This document shows, piece by piece, positions 1 through 7,831 of a stretch of DNA of 32,000 bases; positions within the stretch are counted from its first letter, which is position 1; the number at the start of each line of letters is the position of its first letter. The position numbers and the translations under genes are program-made. The DNA lies in the sequence record JAKSYS010000061.1; one strand, given 5' to 3'. Under the pieces are notes generated by a model. The model did no database searches. It was not told the origin of the DNA and worked only from the letters and a program-made list of their open reading frames with translations.

Positions 1-14
1 ACAAGGATCTTAAA

Positions 15-119
15 ATGATTAATTGGCAAGTTTTAGGTCAGCTAATTTCTACAGGTGTTATTATGTTATCAGGTCCAGCTATCATTGTTTTACTAGCTTT
101 AAAAAAAGGCAATCTTTAA
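15..119 (+). CDS. ycf12: Photosystem II protein Psb30 (Ycf12), 34 aa
   Basis: Hand translation gives [34 protein letters not shown]. It has a single TM helix and the family-typical basic-GNL C-terminus. It is too short for the ORF track. Confidence 0.8.
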   Translation: MINWQVLGQLISTGVIMLSGPAIIVLLALKKGNL

Positions 120-160
120 TTCTTTTCTTAACATCAATATAAAAATTTAAAAAAAAACTT

Positions 161-349
161 ATGTTAATTACTGCTTTAGTAGCTGTGTTTGTTTTAATTT
201 CATTAGGTTTAGTTGTTACTGTTCCAGTAGCATTAGCTACGCCAGGTGAATGGGATGCAGCAAAACCGACTTTTAACCGTGCTTTTCAACTTTGGATTGG
301 TCTTGTTCTTGTAATTGCAATTGCTGATGGTATTGCTACATCAATTTAG
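161..349 (+). CDS. psbZ: Photosystem II protein PsbZ (Ycf9), 62 aa
   Basis: The ORF-track protein [32 protein letters not shown]... has two TM helices, with length and loop motif typical of PsbZ. Confidence 0.85.
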   Translation: MLITALVAVFVLISLGLVVTVPVALATPGEWDAAKPTFNRAFQLWIGLVLVIAIADGIATSI

Positions 350-376
350 AAATTATAGTTTAACTATAATTTCTAA
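346..376. terminator. 15 bp perfect inverted repeat overlapping the psbZ stop codon
   Basis: ttagaaattatagtt (346-360) is the reverse complement of aactataatttctaa (362-376). Confidence 0.5.
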
Positions 377-380
377 ACCC

Positions 381-407
381 TTGACAATTCTAATATTCTA
401 ATATAAT
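381..407 (+). promoter_or_regulatory. Possible sigma70-type (PEP) promoter upstream of trnG-trnE
   Basis: TTGACA at 381-386 and TATAAT at 402-407. The 15 nt spacing is shorter than optimal. Confidence 0.25.
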
Positions 408-455
408 GTTACTCCAGAATAACATAGACACTAAATTATATTTAGTTATATGCTA

Positions 456-527
456 GCGGGCATAGCTCAGTGGTAGAGCGCAACCTTGCCAAGGTTGATG
501 TCGCGCGTTCGAATCGCGTTGCCCGCT
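456..527 (+). tRNA. trnG: tRNA-Gly (GCC)
   Basis: gcgggcatagctcagtggtagagcgcaaccttGCCaaggttg...gttcgaatcgcgttgcccgct. Acceptor gcgggca pairs with tgcccgc, a T-loop gttcgaatc is present, and the anticodon loop is ttGCCaa. Confidence 0.9.
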
Positions 528-536
528 TCATTTTAA

Positions 537-609
537 GCCCCCATCGTCTAGAGGCCTAGGACAGCTCCCTTTCACGGAGCAGACAGGGATTCGAATTCCC
601 TTGGGGGTA
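537..609 (+). tRNA. trnE: tRNA-Glu (UUC)
   Basis: gcccccatcgtctagaggcctaggacagctccctTTCacggagc...gattcgaattcccttgggggta. This is the typical plastid trnE sequence, with anticodon loop ctTTCac. Confidence 0.9.
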
Positions 610-929
610 TTTCAGTATGAGATACTTAAAAAATTATAATTTTTGATATTATTTAAATTGCCTTCGGCAGGTTTACAGAGATTAGATAATATGCTATTAT
701 TTTTCTAGTAGCAAATTGACAGATCGATACATATTTACTTTAAACTTTACCAATTTATTAGAAAACTTTTTATAAGCTATTCTTTAAATCCTTTGTTTTT
801 AGTTTTTAACTGACTGAAATAACAAAGTTATGCCAAAAATAGCATTAACAAAAAGTTTTAATATTTTATACTACTAAGTATAGTATTGATCTTTTATTTT
901 ATTAACCTAATGCTCAAAGAGAGTGCAAA

Positions 930-2240
930 ATGTACTATTTGTTTTATACAATACTCTTCTTAATTGAAATTACACAAGAAACTGTATTAAATTGGTTTAA
1001 CATTGAAGCACCACTTAATCAGAAAATTAATGAATATCGGGAACTCTATGGGTTAATTCCAAGCGATGATTCCATTTATATCGAACAATTAAAGCAGAAT
1101 TATGAATCTGCCCCTGCTTTTTCTTTAGATACTTTAAGATTAATTATCGAAGGATATTGGGAAAAGATTCGTGATACAGGATTGGGGTTATCTGAAATTG
1201 ATGATCTAATTGTCTTAATAGTTGTAATTAGACTTATAGTTTTAACAATTAGATATAATATATTTACAGGGTTTATAATTACAGGAATTAGCGTGCTTGC
1301 AGGTTATTTATGGTATTCAACGTTTATTTCAACATTATTCGTTTATGAAAATGCATTATATAAAAATGCATTAACATTCAGATTAGGTGTTGATGCTAAT
1401 CAAATTAGGCGAATGCTTCAAGCAAAAGTTATGAGTTCTTCATATCAGATACGTTTGACAAATCCTGTGGGCATTGCTATTTATGCTCTTGGGACTGGAT
1501 CTGTTTATGAAGGGCATAGAATTGATCCTATTTCAATGTTTATGTCGAGTATTCCCGAAGGTTTTCCAAAAAAGGATTGGATTGAAGGAACCTACTACTT
1601 ATTTTATAGAAAAATTATCCCTGTGACAATGCGGGCAATTTTGGATTTTATTGATGCTTTTACTTCTTATGCTGTTTATACAATAATTACACGAGTAAAT
1701 AAACGATATTGTCCGTATCTGATTCGTTGGCATTGGACTTTATTAATTATTTTAAAATTTTTTGAACCATTTATTACTTATTTAATTTATCGTATAAATG
1801 ATTATTCTTATAATATTGTTTATCCGCAAATTTTAAAAGCAAAAGAATATGGTATTACTTTATCACAATCAACTTTTGAAATGCAATTATTGAATTATAT
1901 ATGTTTTACAATAATTATAATTCATTTGTCATTTCTTTTATTTGCTATGTTACATGCTTTATGTGGGCAATATTTTTATATACCTTTCTTTACTGAAAAT
2001 GTAGAACTTCATATAGGTGAGCGTAATAAATTAGATAAATATAGTGGTGGTTATACAGCATGGCAGGATGAAAAAACATTATCAAATGGTCAATTTAAAC
2101 TAAAACTTTGGTACGGATGGTTTGGTAGGGGGACCAATAATGAAGGCGATATTATACCTACAGTAATACGTTATATTAAAAAATTAATAACAATGCCATT
2201 TGTTAGTATTTGGAAATTATTTAAAAATTTTACTAAATAA
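930..2240 (+). CDS. Hypothetical multi-pass membrane protein, 436 aa. It is a plastid ycf-type ORF and may correspond to one of the diatom-conserved ycf ORFs such as ycf90, but I cannot verify that.
   Basis: A 1311 nt open frame in DNA where stop triplets are very frequent. There are several long hydrophobic segments (e.g. LIVLIVVIRLIVLTI, GFIITGISVLAGYLWYSTFISTLFV, ICFTIIIIHLSFLLFAMLHAL) and a Trp/Gly-rich C-terminal stretch (LWYGWFGRG). I recognise no family motif. Confidence 0.6.
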   Translation: MYYLFYTILFLIEITQETVLNWFNIEAPLNQKINEYRELYGLIPSDDSIYIEQLKQNYESAPAFSLDTLRLIIEGYWEKIRDTGLGLSEIDDLIVLIVVIRLIVLTIRYNIFTGFIITGISVLAGYLWYSTFISTLFVYENALYKNALTFRLGVDANQIRRMLQAKVMSSSYQIRLTNPVGIAIYALGTGSVYEGHRIDPISMFMSSIPEGFPKKDWIEGTYYLFYRKIIPVTMRAILDFIDAFTSYAVYTIITRVNKRYCPYLIRWHWTLLIILKFFEPFITYLIYRINDYSYNIVYPQILKAKEYGITLSQSTFEMQLLNYICFTIIIIHLSFLLFAMLHALCGQYFYIPFFTENVELHIGERNKLDKYSGGYTAWQDEKTLSNGQFKLKLWYGWFGRGTNNEGDIIPTVIRYIKKLITMPFVSIWKLFKNFTK

Positions 2241-2294
2241 TATAAATAAATTCTTAATAGTATTCTTAAGAATACTATTAAGAATTTATTTATA
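2241..2294. terminator. 54 bp perfect palindrome that exactly fills the gap between the convergent 436 aa ORF and psbJ
   Basis: tataaataaattcttaatagtattctt (2241-2267) is the exact reverse complement of aagaatactattaagaatttatttata (2268-2294). The flanking stop codons are at 2238-2240 and 2295-2297. Confidence 0.6.
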
Positions 2295-2414
2295 TTATAA
2301 TGATGAACCTAAGCCTGAATATGCACCATAGAAGAATAAGCTAAGCATTGTAATTACTGCTAAACCACCTACTAAACCTACAAGCCATAAAGGAATTCGA
2401 CCAGAATTTGCCAT
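2295..2414 (-). CDS. psbJ: Photosystem II protein PsbJ, 39 aa
   Basis: Hand translation gives [39 protein letters not shown]. An AGGAG lies just upstream. Confidence 0.9.
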   Translation of the reverse strand: MANSGRIPLWLVGLVGGLAVITMLSLFFYGAYSGLGSSL

Positions 2415-2440
2415 AAAAAAACTCCTGTAATATTTAAATA

Positions 2441-2557
2441 TTAGTTGAAGAAATAACTTGAGAATAATACCGCTAAAACGAAAATTAATAGAAGTCCCCA
2501 GAAAAGAGAAGTTCGGTTTAATTCTACTGCTTGTTTATTTGGATTTGGACCTGTCAT
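2441..2557 (-). CDS. psbL: Photosystem II protein PsbL, 38 aa
   Basis: Hand translation gives [38 protein letters not shown]. Confidence 0.92.
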   Translation of the reverse strand: MTGPNPNKQAVELNRTSLFWGLLLIFVLAVLFSSYFFN

Positions 2558-2586
2558 ATAATTTACCTCGTATATATTTGTTTAGT

Positions 2587-2718
2587 TTATCGTTGAATGA
2601 ACTGCATAGCAGTAATTCCGCCTAAAAAGAAAACTGTCGGTACTGCTAACCCGTGAATTGCTAACCAACGGAAAGTAAAAATTGGATACGCTACAGGCTG
2701 ATTAATATTTTTTGCCAT
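2587..2718 (-). CDS. psbF: Cytochrome b559 beta subunit PsbF, 43 aa
   Basis: Hand translation gives [43 protein letters not shown]. The heme-ligand His context RWLAIH is present. GGAG lies 5 nt upstream (ctcc on the plus strand, 2724-2727). Confidence 0.92.
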   Translation of the reverse strand: MAKNINQPVAYPIFTFRWLAIHGLAVPTVFFLGGITAMQFIQR

Positions 2719-2732
2719 TTTATCTCCTTAAA

Positions 2733-2987
2733 TTATAAACCTTTAGTTAAATCTTCTAATTCTTGTTTTGCACTGAAACGATCGTTTACTAATGGTACTT
2801 GTTGACGATCTTGAGTAAAATACTCATTAGGACGTGGTGTTCCAAATACATCGTATGCTAAACCAGTACTAACAAATAACCATCCTGATACAAAAAGAGA
2901 TGGAATTGTAATACTATGAATAATCCAGTAACGTACACTAGTAATAATATCCGAGAATGGACGTTCGCCCGTAGATCCACCAGACAT
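2733..2987 (-). CDS. psbE: Cytochrome b559 alpha subunit PsbE, 84 aa
   Basis: ORF-track ORF 2733-3029. The conserved protein starts at the internal Met: [32 protein letters not shown]... The upstream 14 codons are not conserved. Confidence 0.9.
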   Translation of the reverse strand: MSGGSTGERPFSDIITSVRYWIIHSITIPSLFVSGWLFVSTGLAYDVFGTPRPNEYFTQDRQQVPLVNDRFSAKQELEDLTKGL

Positions 2988-3037
2988 AGTTATATTTACT
3001 CCTATAAAAAATGATTGTTGCTCATTCAAAACTATAA

Positions 3038-3108
3038 AGCGGGCAGGGGGAATCGAACCCCCATCATTAGCTTGGAAGGCTAAGGTTTTACCACTAAACT
3101 ATGCCCGC
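3038..3108 (-). tRNA. trnG: tRNA-Gly (UCC)
   Basis: The reverse complement reads gcgggcatagtttagtggtaaaaccttagccttCCaagctaa...gggttcgattccccctgcccgct, with anticodon loop ctTCCaa. Confidence 0.88.
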
Positions 3109-3153
3109 ATACTCTAATTATAGAGTGATACGGGTATGAAAAGCAATAAAATC

Positions 3154-3699
3154 TTATAAATTTTCTAATTTCAAATCCAAAAATTTTGCTAAATCAGCCG
3201 CTTCTTCCTCCAAATCTGAAATTGAAATAGGTTGTTGAACAGGGGTTAGTGGAATACTCCGTTCATCCTTTAAACATAAATAAATACTTCGTGTAGGATT
3301 CAATCCTTCTGTAATTTTGATACCAATAGCTCGAATATTTGCTATTGGGTACGTTAAAAGTACTTGACGATTTTTACCAGGAAAACCTTTCCTAACTATT
3401 TTTACTAAGTTTTCTAATTTGTTATATTCGTTATATCCACTGCCTATATCAAGAATTATTGTAAAACAAATGTAAATACTAAGACCTAAACTAAGAGTCC
3501 CATAAAACATCATTACTAATCCTTGAGGAATAAAAACTAATTCACTTGAATTTGAGAATGGTAGAAAATTTTTATTAAAATAACTTGAAATTCCTGCTAA
3601 TAAAAATCCTAAACCACCAAGTAAAAGAAAGATTGTCCAAAAATAATTACTAAACCGTCTAGAGCCAATAATTATATCTTGACGAATTTCTTGTTCCAT
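3154..3699 (-). CDS. ycf4: Photosystem I assembly protein Ycf4, 181 aa
   Basis: The ORF-track protein has two N-terminal TM helices (RRFSNYFWTIFLLLGGLGFLLAGISSY, PQGLVMMFYGTL) followed by a soluble domain, which is the typical Ycf4 layout and sequence. Confidence 0.88.
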   Translation of the reverse strand: MEQEIRQDIIIGSRRFSNYFWTIFLLLGGLGFLLAGISSYFNKNFLPFSNSSELVFIPQGLVMMFYGTLSLGLSIYICFTIILDIGSGYNEYNKLENLVKIVRKGFPGKNRQVLLTYPIANIRAIGIKITEGLNPTRSIYLCLKDERSIPLTPVQQPISISDLEEEAADLAKFLDLKLENL

Positions 3700-3715
3700 T
3701 GTTATAAGTTTTAAA

Positions 3716-3811
3716 TTAAATCAGTTTAATTGATTTGAAGCCTAAAAATAAACCTGATGTAATTGCAAAACAAAATCCAATTAATAAAAAGTAATCGATA
3801 GCAACTGTCAT
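3716..3811 (-). CDS. petL: Cytochrome b6f subunit PetL, 31 aa
   Basis: Hand translation gives MTVAIDYFLLIGFCFAITSGLFLGFKSIKLI*. It has a single TM helix and the PetL-like ...KLI C-terminus. Confidence 0.6.
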   Translation of the reverse strand: MTVAIDYFLLIGFCFAITSGLFLGFKSIKLI

Positions 3812-3991
3812 AAAATCTTTATTATTTTCTTAATTTGAAGTTTATAAATTTTTTTTACTATATTAATATATATTATATAGTAATAAAGTAAAAATTTTTG
3901 GCTGATAAAATTTTTCGTAGATTTTATTAATCAAAAATCCAAACATTCAAAAACTTTTATTATTAACTTCATTAAAATTTAAAATAAATTT

Positions 3992-4441
3992 ATGGCTAAT
4001 TTTATTAAACCATATAATGATGATCCTTTTGTGGGTCATTTAGCAACGCCAATTACATCTTCAGCTGTAACTCGCGCAATTTTACAAAATTTACCTGCAT
4101 ACCGTTTTGGTTTAACTCCTTTATTACGAGGTTTAGAAATTGGTTTAGCTCACGGATATTTTTTAATAGGTCCTTTCGTTAATTTAGGTCCATTACGTAA
4201 TTCAGAAATTGGTTTATTAGCAGGTTTTCTTTCAACTATTGGTTTAATTTTAATACTAACTTTAGGTTTAACTATTTACGGTGTTGCTACTTTTGAAGAT
4301 TCAGCTTCTGAATCTGCTACAGATTTACAGACTAAAAATGCCTGGAATCAATTTAAAGGTGGATTCTTTGTTGGTGCTTGTGGTAGCGCAGGATTTGCTT
4401 TTATTTGTTTATCAAGTATTCCAACCTTTACAATAAGTTAA
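3992..4441 (+). CDS. psaL: Photosystem I subunit XI PsaL, 149 aa
   Basis: The ORF-track protein contains the conserved PsaL stretch [30 protein letters not shown]. Confidence 0.9.
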   Translation: MANFIKPYNDDPFVGHLATPITSSAVTRAILQNLPAYRFGLTPLLRGLEIGLAHGYFLIGPFVNLGPLRNSEIGLLAGFLSTIGLILILTLGLTIYGVATFEDSASESATDLQTKNAWNQFKGGFFVGACGSAGFAFICLSSIPTFTIS

Positions 4442-4524
4442 ATATGTAATAACATATTAAATCGGTTACAAACTAACTGATTTAATATATAAAATAATCA
4501 TTGATCTCTTTATAAAACATCTTT

Positions 4525-5394
4525 ATGAATACAACTCAAGTAAATCTACAAGAAGAGTATGCAAAAACAGAAATTGCGAAAATCTTAAATGTATTAAATC
4601 AAGAATTAGTCGGATTAGCACCAGTAAAATCTCGTATTCGCGAAATTGCTGCATTATTATTAATTGATAAATTGCGACAAAGTGTAGGCATTACAGCAGC
4701 TAATCCAGGCTTACATATGTCATTTACAGGCAGTCCTGGTACAGGTAAAACAACTGTTGGTTTAAAAATGGCAGATATCCTATTTCAATTAGGATATAGT
4801 AAAAAAGGTCATTTATTAACCGTTACTCGTGATGATTTAGTAGGTCAATATATTGGTCATACGGCTCCTAAAACAAAAGAAGTTTTAAAGAAAGCAATGG
4901 GTGGCGTTTTATTTATTGATGAAGCTTATTATTTATATAAGCCAGATAATGAGCGTGACTACGGTTCAGAAGCTATTGAAATTTTATTACAAGTTATGGA
5001 AAATCAACGAGATGACTTAGTTGTTATCTTAGCTGGTTATAAAGAACCTATGGATAAATTTTATGAATCAAACCCAGGTTTGTCATCTCGTATTGCAAAT
5101 CATATCGATTTCCCAGATTATAGCGTTGATGAGTTATTACAAATTTCAAAATTAATGTTACAAGATCAACAGTATCAATTAACTCCAGATGCTGAAATTG
5201 CTTTTAGTCAATATATCGCAAAACGAAAAGAACAGCCGTTATTTGCAAATGCGCGAAGCGTAAAAAATGCTTTAGATCGAGCTCGTATGCGTCAAGCTAA
5301 TAGAATTTTTGATAGTCGTGGTCAAATTTTAACGAAAAAAGAATTAGTTAATTTAGAAGCACAAGATATTTTACAAAGTACTGTTTTCAATTAA
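4525..5394 (+). CDS. cbbX: Red-type RuBisCO activase CbbX (AAA+ ATPase), 289 aa
   Basis: Walker [10 protein letters not shown] and Walker [12 protein letters not shown] are present. The [21 protein letters not shown] motif and overall length are characteristic of CbbX. Confidence 0.92.
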   Translation: MNTTQVNLQEEYAKTEIAKILNVLNQELVGLAPVKSRIREIAALLLIDKLRQSVGITAANPGLHMSFTGSPGTGKTTVGLKMADILFQLGYSKKGHLLTVTRDDLVGQYIGHTAPKTKEVLKKAMGGVLFIDEAYYLYKPDNERDYGSEAIEILLQVMENQRDDLVVILAGYKEPMDKFYESNPGLSSRIANHIDFPDYSVDELLQISKLMLQDQQYQLTPDAEIAFSQYIAKRKEQPLFANARSVKNALDRARMRQANRIFDSRGQILTKKELVNLEAQDILQSTVFN

Positions 5395-5406
5395 AAAATA
5401 TAAAAT

Positions 5407-6366
5407 ATGAGTTTACTTATCATCGGTGGAACTGGAACTTTAGGAAGACAAATTGTACTTCAAGCTTTAACTAAAGGGTATCAAGTTAGATGTTTAGTAC
5501 GTAATTTTCGAAAAGCTAATTTCTTAAAAGAATGGGGTGCTGAGTTAGTTTATGGGGATTTGACAAAACCTGAAACAATACCACCCTGTTTAAAAGGAAT
5601 TACTGCGATTATTGATGCTTCGACTAGCAGACCTGATGACTTTGATTCTTTAAAAACGGTAGATTGGGAAGGAAAACTTTACTTAATTGAAGCTGCAAAA
5701 GCTGCAAATATTGAACGTTTTATCTTTTTTTCAGCTCAAAACGTAGAACAATTCACTAATATTCCATTAATGAAATTGAAATATCGTATTGAACAAAAAT
5801 TAAAAGAATCCCAAATTCCTTATACAATTTTTAGATTAACAGGATTTTATCAAGGATTAATAGAACAATATGCAATTCCAATTCTTGAAAATTTACCTAT
5901 TTGGGTAACCAATGAGAACATGTATGTTGCGTACATGGATACACAAGATATTGCAAAATTCTGTCTACGGGCTTTACAGTTACCAAAAACAAAAAATCAG
6001 ATCTTTTCTTTAAATGGCTTAAAAGGTTGGTTATCTTCAGAGATTATAACACTTTGTGAACAACTAGCAGGTCAATCAGCAAAAGTTCAACGTATACCTT
6101 CTTTTTTATTAAAATTAGTGAGTAATTTCTTTGGCTTTTTTGAATGGGGTCAAAACATTAGTGACAGGCTTGCTTTTGTTGAAATTTTAAATCTTGAAAA
6201 TAGTTCTTCAAATTCTACATTTGAACTATACAAATTCTTTAAATTAGATTCATCAGAAATTATTCAATTAGATGATTATTTCTTAGAATATTTTATTCGT
6301 TTATTAAAACGTTTACGGGATATTAATTTTGAAGATATTCAGAAACAAAAAAACCTGATAATTTAG
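5407..6366 (+). CDS. ycf39: Ycf39, NAD(P)-binding atypical short-chain dehydrogenase-like protein, 319 aa
   Basis: The N-terminal Rossmann motif is MSLLIIGGTGTLGRQIV. Length and its position before ycf41 match red-lineage plastids. Confidence 0.85.
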   Translation: MSLLIIGGTGTLGRQIVLQALTKGYQVRCLVRNFRKANFLKEWGAELVYGDLTKPETIPPCLKGITAIIDASTSRPDDFDSLKTVDWEGKLYLIEAAKAANIERFIFFSAQNVEQFTNIPLMKLKYRIEQKLKESQIPYTIFRLTGFYQGLIEQYAIPILENLPIWVTNENMYVAYMDTQDIAKFCLRALQLPKTKNQIFSLNGLKGWLSSEIITLCEQLAGQSAKVQRIPSFLLKLVSNFFGFFEWGQNISDRLAFVEILNLENSSSNSTFELYKFFKLDSSEIIQLDDYFLEYFIRLLKRLRDINFEDIQKQKNLII

Positions 6367-6378
6367 TTATTATTTCTT

Positions 6379-6699
6379 ATGAACTACATCAGCTGTATCA
6401 TTCAGATTCTTGAAATGCCTATGATTGAATCATATTCTGATAATATTGAAATGGGTAGATTTAGAGTCCAGTTACCATATGTTAGAAATAAAATACAGTC
6501 GCCTACTATTATTAATTCACACCTTTGGGGAAATTTAGCATCCGACATTGTTAATTATTATAGAGTTAATGATTACGCTTTAGTTGAAGGTTATCTTTCA
6601 ACTTCATCTGGTACTAAATATAAAGAAGGCGGAATTACGTTAAATATTACTAAACTTTATCCATTTTTATTTGCCTTAGAATCAGGCAAATCAAATTAA
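6379..6699 (+). CDS. ycf41: Ycf41-like small protein (SSB/OB-fold-like), 106 aa
   Basis: The ORF lies immediately downstream of ycf39, as in diatom and red-algal plastids. It has an SSB-like segment (RFRVQLPY...HLWGNLASDIV). The assignment rests on synteny and weak motif recall. Confidence 0.55.
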   Translation: MNYISCIIQILEMPMIESYSDNIEMGRFRVQLPYVRNKIQSPTIINSHLWGNLASDIVNYYRVNDYALVEGYLSTSSGTKYKEGGITLNITKLYPFLFALESGKSN

Positions 6700-6803
6700 A
6701 TAATAATAAAAAATTTATTTAATATTTCAATAATAAAAAAATTTAGATTTATTATATTTTAGTATAATTAATATTATTAAAACTAGTTTCTAGGAAAAAT
6801 TAA

Positions 6804-6920
6804 ATGTTACCTTTAAAAATTTTAGTATACACAACAATTATCTTCTTTGTTTCGTTGTTTATCTTTGGATTCCTTTCAAGTGATCCATCACGTAACCCTA
6901 ATCGTAAGGATCTTGAGTAA
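6804..6920 (+). CDS. psbI: Photosystem II protein PsbI, 38 aa
   Basis: Hand translation gives [38 protein letters not shown]. Confidence 0.9.
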   Translation: MLPLKILVYTTIIFFVSLFIFGFLSSDPSRNPNRKDLE

Positions 6921-6932
6921 TCATGGTTTATT

Positions 6933-6964
6933 TTTTAAACAAATCTTAAAAGATTTGTTTAAAA
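6933..6964. terminator. 15 bp perfect inverted repeat downstream of psbI
   Basis: ttttaaacaaatctt (6933-6947) is the reverse complement of aagatttgtttaaaa (6950-6964). Confidence 0.45.
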
Positions 6965-7050
6965 TTAAAGTTTTTTATATTAATATATATATCAATAATT
7001 CAACTTTCTTGAAACTTTATACTAAATTAATAATTTTAATTTTTTCTGCT

Positions 7051-7608
7051 ATGAAACGTTTTAATTTAATTAACTTAATTTTTGCTACATTATTATTATT
7101 CATTCCAATGACTGCTAAAGCAGAAGTTGGTGGTTTAACAAAATGTAGTGACTCTCCTGCATTCACTAAACGATTAAACGCAAGTGTTAAAAAATTACAA
7201 CAACGTATCGCTAAATACGAAGTTGATTCACCACCTGCTTTAGCTTTAAAACAACAAATTGATCGAACAGAGGCACGTTTTGATAAATATGGAAGATCTG
7301 AATTATTATGTGGTACAGATGGATTACCACATTTAGTTGCTGATGGTCGTTGGAGTCATGCAGCAGAATTTATATTACCAGGTTTTGGTTTTATTTATAT
7401 TTCTGGTTGGATTGGTTGGGTTGGCCGTAAATACGTACGAGCTGTTAGTACAACTAAAAACCCTGCTGAAAGTGAAATCATCATTAATGTTCCATTAGCG
7501 TTAAAAATTATGACTACTGGCTACATTTGGCCAATCTCAGCTTGGCAAGAATTAATTAGTGGTGATTTAGTAGCTAAAAAAGATGAAATTACGGTTTCAC
7601 CTCGTTAA
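7051..7608 (+). CDS. psaF: Photosystem I subunit III PsaF (precursor with signal peptide), 185 aa
   Basis: The conserved protein begins at the internal Met of ORF 6847-7608: [24 protein letters not shown] / [17 protein letters not shown]... The upstream part of that ORF overlaps psbI and is low complexity. Confidence 0.9.
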   Translation: MKRFNLINLIFATLLLFIPMTAKAEVGGLTKCSDSPAFTKRLNASVKKLQQRIAKYEVDSPPALALKQQIDRTEARFDKYGRSELLCGTDGLPHLVADGRWSHAAEFILPGFGFIYISGWIGWVGRKYVRAVSTTKNPAESEIIINVPLALKIMTTGYIWPISAWQELISGDLVAKKDEITVSPR

Positions 7609-7647
7609 ATTTTTTCGACCTTCTTATATATATATATAATTAAAATT

Positions 7648-7773
7648 ATGGAAAATTTTCAAAAATATTTATCAACAGCACCTGTTCTTTTAACAATTTG
7701 GATGACATTTACGGCGGGGTTTATTATTGAAATTAATCGCTTCTTCCCTGATATGTTAGGTTTATATTTTTAA
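7648..7773 (+). CDS. psaJ: Photosystem I subunit IX PsaJ, 41 aa
   Basis: Hand translation gives [41 protein letters not shown]. Confidence 0.9.
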   Translation: MENFQKYLSTAPVLLTIWMTFTAGFIIEINRFFPDMLGLYF

Positions 7774-7787
7774 TTAAAAAATTTTAA

Positions 7788-7823
7788 ATTTTAATTGGAT
7801 TAATTTCTTAATCCAATTAAAAT
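7788..7823. terminator. 16 bp stem / 4 nt loop hairpin between convergent psaJ and psaB
   Basis: The arms are attttaattggattaa (7788-7803) and ttaatccaattaaaat (7808-7823), with loop tttc. Confidence 0.55.
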
Positions 7824-7831
7824 GTTCTCTA

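Noticed and set aside
610-929. The 320 nt non-coding stretch after trnE, including a small tgcc-ttcg-ggca hairpin near 659-670, was checked for a plastid small RNA gene (ffs, ssrA, rnpB).
   Set aside because: None of the conserved cores I know is present: no SRP domain IV GGAA/AGCA motifs, no tRNA-like ends of tmRNA, and no RNase P P4 sequences. It is most likely the promoter and leader of the 436 aa ORF.
6847-7050. ORF 6847-7608 carries a long N-terminal extension of psaF.
   Set aside because: The extension overlaps psbI in another frame and then crosses an AT-rich spacer containing the psbI terminator hairpin. Conserved PsaF, with a proper signal peptide, starts at the ATG at 7051.
7625-7638. 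(TA)7 microsatellite lies between psaF and psaJ.
   Set aside because: It is short, and such simple repeats are expected by chance in spacers this AT-rich. There is no evidence of function.
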